A stretch of 64,000 nucleotides of DNA from Naegleria gruberi. Taxonomy: Eukaryota. A program made the position numbers and the translations under genes. Location of the stretch: NCBI GenBank assembly GCA_000004985.1, contig GG738858.1; one strand, written 5' to 3'. Each line of letters begins with the position of its first letter. Positions within the stretch are counted from its first letter, which is position 1. Positions 59,790 through 64,000 of this stretch are shown one piece after another. Under the pieces are notes generated by a model. It saw nothing but the letters and a program-made list of their open reading frames with translations. It was not told the DNA's origin and searched no databases.

Positions 59790-61105
59790 ATGAAGAGAGT
59801 CTTATTGGTAGCTACCATTTTGGCTGTTCTCGCTGTTTCTGTCTTTGCCAAGACAATCACAGTCTCACTCAACAAGAAGGTTTTGGATCATTCTGATTCC
59901 AATGCTGTTGCTTGGTTCAACAATATCCGTATTGCTCAAATGACCAAGGTTGGTGCTGTTCCTAACAGACCATACTTGAAGACTGGTGCTTCTCCAGTTG
60001 TTCCATTGAACGATTTCTCTGATACTCAAGTATGTATTTTCATCAAGTATTGTTCTCTATAATTCCGTTATTTTTCCTGTTATTATTTTGTGTTAAAATT
60101 GATTTTTGGTGATCGATGTTAATTTATATTTGATTTGATGATGACAATTAATAACAGTACTATGGTTTTGTCAGTCTTGGTACTCCACAACAAAATTTCA
60201 AGGTTATTTTCGATACTGGTTCTTCCAACGTTTGGGTTCCATCTGAAAGTTGTTGGTCTATCACTTGTTTGTTGCACAACAGATACGATCACACCAAGTC
60301 CTCAACTTATGTTGCCAATGGTCAAAAGTTCAACATTACCTATGGTAGTGGTGGTGTTAACGGATTCTTATCTCAAGATGCTCTCTCTTGTGGTGGTATT
60401 CCAGTTAAGGGACAAGTTTTCGGTGAAGTTATGAGTGAACAAGGATTGGCTTTCTTGTTCGGTAAGTCTGACGGTATTGTTGGTATGGCTTTCCCATCTA
60501 TTTCTGTTGATGGTGTTACTCCAATGTTCAACAATATGATGAATCAAAAGTTGGTTGACAAGAATTTGTTCTCATTCTACTTGTCAAAGACTTCTGGTAG
60601 TACTGCAAGTGCTATGATTTTGGGTGGTATTGATACTAAGTATTATACTGGTCCATTGACCTATGTTCCATTGGCCAATAGAACTTATTGGGCTATTAGA
60701 ATCAACGATGTTGGTGTTGGTGGTGACTACAAGGGTGTCTGTCCTCCAGGTGGTTGTCTTGCTGCTGTTGATACTGGTACTTCCCTCATTGCTGGTCCAG
60801 CTTTGAAGATTGGTCCTATTATTGAATCTTTGAACATTGCTAAGGATTGTTCCAACATTGATTCTAATCCTGATGTTACTTTCAAGATTGGTGGTGTTGA
60901 ATATACTTTGAAGCCAAGAGACTATGTCTTGAAGATGACTCAATTCGGTCAATCTGAATGTATTGCCGGATTCATGCCATTGGCTTTGCCACCTCAATTT
61001 GGTGACTTCTGGATTCTTGGTGACGTTTTCATTTCCACTTATTACACTGTTTTTGACTATGATGGAAGCCGTGTTGGTTTCGCCAAGGCCAATCAAAACT
61101 TGTAA
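59790..61105 (+). CDS. Cathepsin D/pepsin-like (A1 family) aspartic protease. Two exons: 59790-60029 and 60158-61105.
   Basis: Signal peptide 'MKRVLLVATILAVLAVSVFA'. Intron gtatgt...ataacag. 'YYGFVSLGTPQQNFKVIFDTGSSNVWVPS' and 'AAVDTGTSLIAGP' give the two catalytic D(T/S)G motifs. Also the Tyr-flap 'YGSGG'. Confidence 0.88.
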
Positions 61106-61268
61106 ATAAATTAACACAAGTTCTTTAATATTGTACCCTCAATAACTTTACACATTTAATCGGTTTAATGATTTGATTTGAATTTTGATTTGTTCTCCTT
61201 TTGAACAATCATTGTCAGTTGTAAAACTGGTTAGCTGATTAAAGAGACGATGAACTTTAAATAAAAAA

Positions 61269-62652
61269 ATGTGGAAAGGTTGGAATGATCTTGTGGGCAC
61301 AGTGACTGGTGGAAATCATCACACCTCTACGGAAAATAGTGAAGAAAGTGAGGCATCAAATGAAGCAACAAATAATTCCTCCTCCGTACCATCATCAGAA
61401 TATTACACCAAAGATGATTTTGAATTGATCAATAATAAGGAAGATGCAGAAATACATTTAGTTATTTTAATTGCAGGAATGGGTGCTAGAAAGGGACATT
61501 ACCTTTCCGATTCACTTCTTGTTCCTTTTGGTAAATGGTTTGATATTAACAAGTGTCAACAAGCAATGAAAGAAGAAGTTTCCAATTGTTTCAAATCTTA
61601 TGCAAATGATCAGGTTAAAAAGAGATCTCCTCATATTTTGATTCGATCAATTGATTATTGTTCAACTGTTAGAGAAGAAGGAGGTTATAATGAAAAATTG
61701 AATCTTATTTCAATGAAATCAGGTGTTCAATTCCTTCGTTTAATTGCCAATGAATCAATGATTGATGTTTTAATGTATAATAGTGAAAAAATCAAACAAC
61801 AAATGCAAACTGTAAGTGTCAGGAATTGTTGAAAATTATATTGATGAATTACATTACAGACTGCTGTCAAACAAATTAATGAAATATTTGAGGAATTTAA
61901 GGATGTTCCAATCAAATCAGTTTCATTTGTTGGACATTCACTTGGTTCTGTTCTTGCCTTTGATATTCTTTATCAACATCAAGAATCTGGAAATACTCTT
62001 TTAAAGATGAATCCTAATAGATGCTTTTTAGTTGGAAGTCCACTTGGTTTGTTTTTGACAATGTCAGTTCAAACAACCAACCAATATTTAGAAGCATTCC
62101 ATTGTGTTAATCCTCAAACAAATAAGAAACAATTATTGAAGGAAATTGATGTTTATCACTTGTACCATCCTTATGACCCTGTTGCTTATAGATTGGATCC
62201 TCATTTAGATTCTAGATTTGGAAAACATGATCCTCATAGCTGTATGTTGTTATTTCACATTCTGATTTGTTAATTATTCAATAGTGGAGTATTTTGCTAG
62301 AAGATTTAATCCAAATCATTATGTCAATCAATTCAATAACTATGTAAGTAACACTTTAAAATAGATTATTCGAAACAATTTTCATTAGAAAGCTAAGATA
62401 TTTGGAAATCAAGAAAAGATTGATGAAGAATTAAGTGAACTCCTTAAACAATATGAAATGTATGTTAATTTTGAGAATAATTTATCTAACTTTCTTTATA
62501 GTATTGATTATTGCCTTCCAGTAAACTCTGAGCTTGTTATTAATGAGTATTTGAGTGCTGGTGATGTACATTTGAAATATTGGAACAATACTGAAGTTAT
62601 TTGTTTCATTTTAGAGAAAATGAATTTGATTTCTGCCAACAAATCTGAATAA
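61269..62652 (+). CDS. DDHD-type serine lipase/phospholipase A1-like (GHSLG). Four exons, approximately 61269-61811, 61860-62241, 62285-62343 and 62389-62652.
   Basis: After a 48-nt intron the frame continues 'TAVKQINEIFEEFKDVPIKSVSFVGHSLGSVLAFDILY...CFLVGSPLGLFL...VYHLYHPYDPVAYRLDP'. These are the GxSxG nucleophile elbow and the DDHD-like 'HP.DPVAYR' block. Introns have gtaagt/gtatgt donors. The final exon ends '...ISANKSE*'. Confidence 0.6.
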
Positions 62653-62704
62653 AATCCGCCAGCTATTTTGTACATCAGCTTCCTAGTTGTATTTACTTTT
62701 CAGT

Positions 62705-64000
62705 CTACTTTTTTGATCGTTTTTCTGACATTACTCCCAATCTATAACCAAGAAGTAAAAGTAAAAAGTGTTCATCAGCTTTGATGTTATTCTTTGCATC
62801 AATAAAGAGCTGACGAATTTCATCATCTGTTCTACACATTTCAGCGAGCATTGAAGAGTAATGTTGAAGGGAACTATTAGTAAATGAGATACATTGCTCA
62901 TTTTGATTTTGAGGAGGTGGTGGAGGTGGTGGATTATTAGTTAAATTAGTTGTGGTTGGATGGGAGGTAGATTCTGAAAGGAATGAAGATTTGGAATTAA
63001 CATTAAAACCAAACGAAGATGGTAAATTTTGTGTTCTTTCTTCTTTTTCTGCGAACACTGGAAGGTGATTACTTGTCGGTTCATCTCCTCCCAAATTCGA
63101 AAGTGATGGAAGTACTAAAAATCCTGATTGACTATTATCAAAAAGAAAAGATCCTCCACTGTTGGTATTATCCAAAAAACTCTTTTTCAAAAATGAAAAA
63201 TTACTATTACTGGCATCGTTATTCATTCCATGATCTAACAGGGACGATTCATGCTCCTTTTCCACATGAGAATTATGCAACTCATAAATTGAAGGTATCG
63301 AATTTGAGTGGGCATTTGAGTGAAAATTCCAATTATTAAAACCTATTGAATTACTTCTCGAACTACAACTTTGTTCCATTGAATTACTATTGGATTGTTG
63401 TGTATGATGTTTAACTTCATTGAGGTTGTTGAGGTTATTGTTATTGAGATTTTCACTTATTACCTCAACGTTCTTAACACTAACGGTTTCAGGTGTTTCT
63501 TCCTTAACAGGAGAAGTTTCAATATTAGATGTAGTGCTCTTCTTCTTTTTCTTTCCAGTTTTCTGAGTTGTTTCTTGAGGTGTTGGTTCTGTTACCTCTT
63601 TTGTTTCTTTTATTTCTGGTGTTTCTTTTGGAGGAGGCAACAGTTCATCTCCTTTTTTAATTTGTAATCTGTACTTTTGAAGGTGACTCTTAATATGATC
63701 AGTCTGTTAGAAAAATTGATTTGTTAAATTGTTAAATTAACTCTTTTGAAATACATACCGTTACACGAGAAACACCCATTAAATTCTTGATTGCTTTAGG
63801 GGCAGCATTATCAAGTCCCAACACAGAAACAGCTTCCACAAATGATTGATGTAATTCATTGGTCCATGATAATCTTTGTTTTTTGTTTTTAGCCTGAAGA
63901 TCTTCAGAATCACCCGATGAAACAGAAGGAGAAACTGTTGCTTCAACTGTTCTCTTTTTCTTATCATCGGATGATGATAATTGATCATAAGAGGAGTTGG
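62705..64000 (-). CDS. GARP/SHAQKYF-class Myb-like DNA-binding protein. 5' partial; continues beyond the window end. Exons 64000..63759 and 63703..62705, with a 55-nt intron inside the DNA-binding domain.
   Basis: Minus strand '...KKQRLSWTNELHQSFVEAVSVLGLDNAAPKAIKNLMGVSRVT|DHIKSHLQKYRLQIKK' reproduces the GARP consensus 'LHxxFVxAVxxLG...A.PKxIxxLMxVxGLTxxxVxSHLQKYR'. The C-terminal part is Asn/Ser/Pro-rich (PPPPPP). Confidence 0.65.

Noticed and set aside
63779-63988. 69-aa ORF 63779-63988(-)
   Set aside because: It is the wrong reading frame over the upstream GARP-Myb exon. The correct frame ('...SWTNELHQSFVEAVSVLGLDNAAPKAIKNLMGVSRVT') has no stop and continues past the window edge.
1-64000. 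Search for tRNA genes, CRISPR arrays, retrotransposon RT/integrase ORFs and prokaryotic defence or operon structures
   Set aside because: No tRNA-like T-arm/acceptor patterns (GGTTCGAxTCC and similar) in a cloverleaf context. No direct-repeat/spacer arrays. No RT, RNase H, integrase or transposase-like ORFs. The locus is plainly eukaryotic.

Overview
This is a eukaryotic nuclear scaffold, not a prokaryotic one. It has spliceosomal GT..AG introns of 42-136 nt and uses the standard genetic code. Coding sequence is AT-rich, with poly-Asn, poly-Gln and Ser/Thr runs; intergenic DNA is roughly 35% GC. Gene content and style point, by inference, to a dictyostelid-like amoebozoan: ACG-like TM-cyclase, Rac with CaaX, cathepsin D, cullin, kinesin-14, N-rich low-complexity proteins. 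A few ciliary-type genes (SPEF1-type CH domain, a divergent CCT/BBS-like chaperonin) do not fit that perfectly. The window opens with a 6.3-kb N gap and contains four further N gaps: 7720-7769, 16182-17230, 18905-19430, 21671-22048. The gap at 21671 is flanked by a pUC-type polylinker remnant. I found about 30 protein-coding genes on both strands, with no strand clustering and no operon or defence-island logic. The most notable items follow. (1) A tandem, near-identical duplication of a dual-specificity phosphatase gene with a gene-conversion-like identity pattern. (2) A large receptor gene combining RCC1-like repeats, EGF-like Cys modules, a GAIN/GPS motif, a 7TM domain and a C-terminal RGS domain split by a 42-nt intron. 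(3) An ACG-type sensor adenylyl/guanylyl cyclase. (4) An apparent RhoGAP-MORN fusion created by splicing two adjacent ORFs. (5) A PPR-repeat gene riddled with stops and frameshifts, a candidate pseudogene. (6) A solitary 5S rRNA gene on the minus strand among Pol II genes. (7) A GARP/SHAQKYF Myb gene running off the window end. I found no tRNA, CRISPR array, RT/integrase/transposase ORF or any prokaryotic feature. The ORF track uses alternative start codons (TTG/GTG translated as M); where that mattered I moved the start to the first in-frame ATG. Splice-site coordinates were counted by hand and may be off by 1-2 nt.
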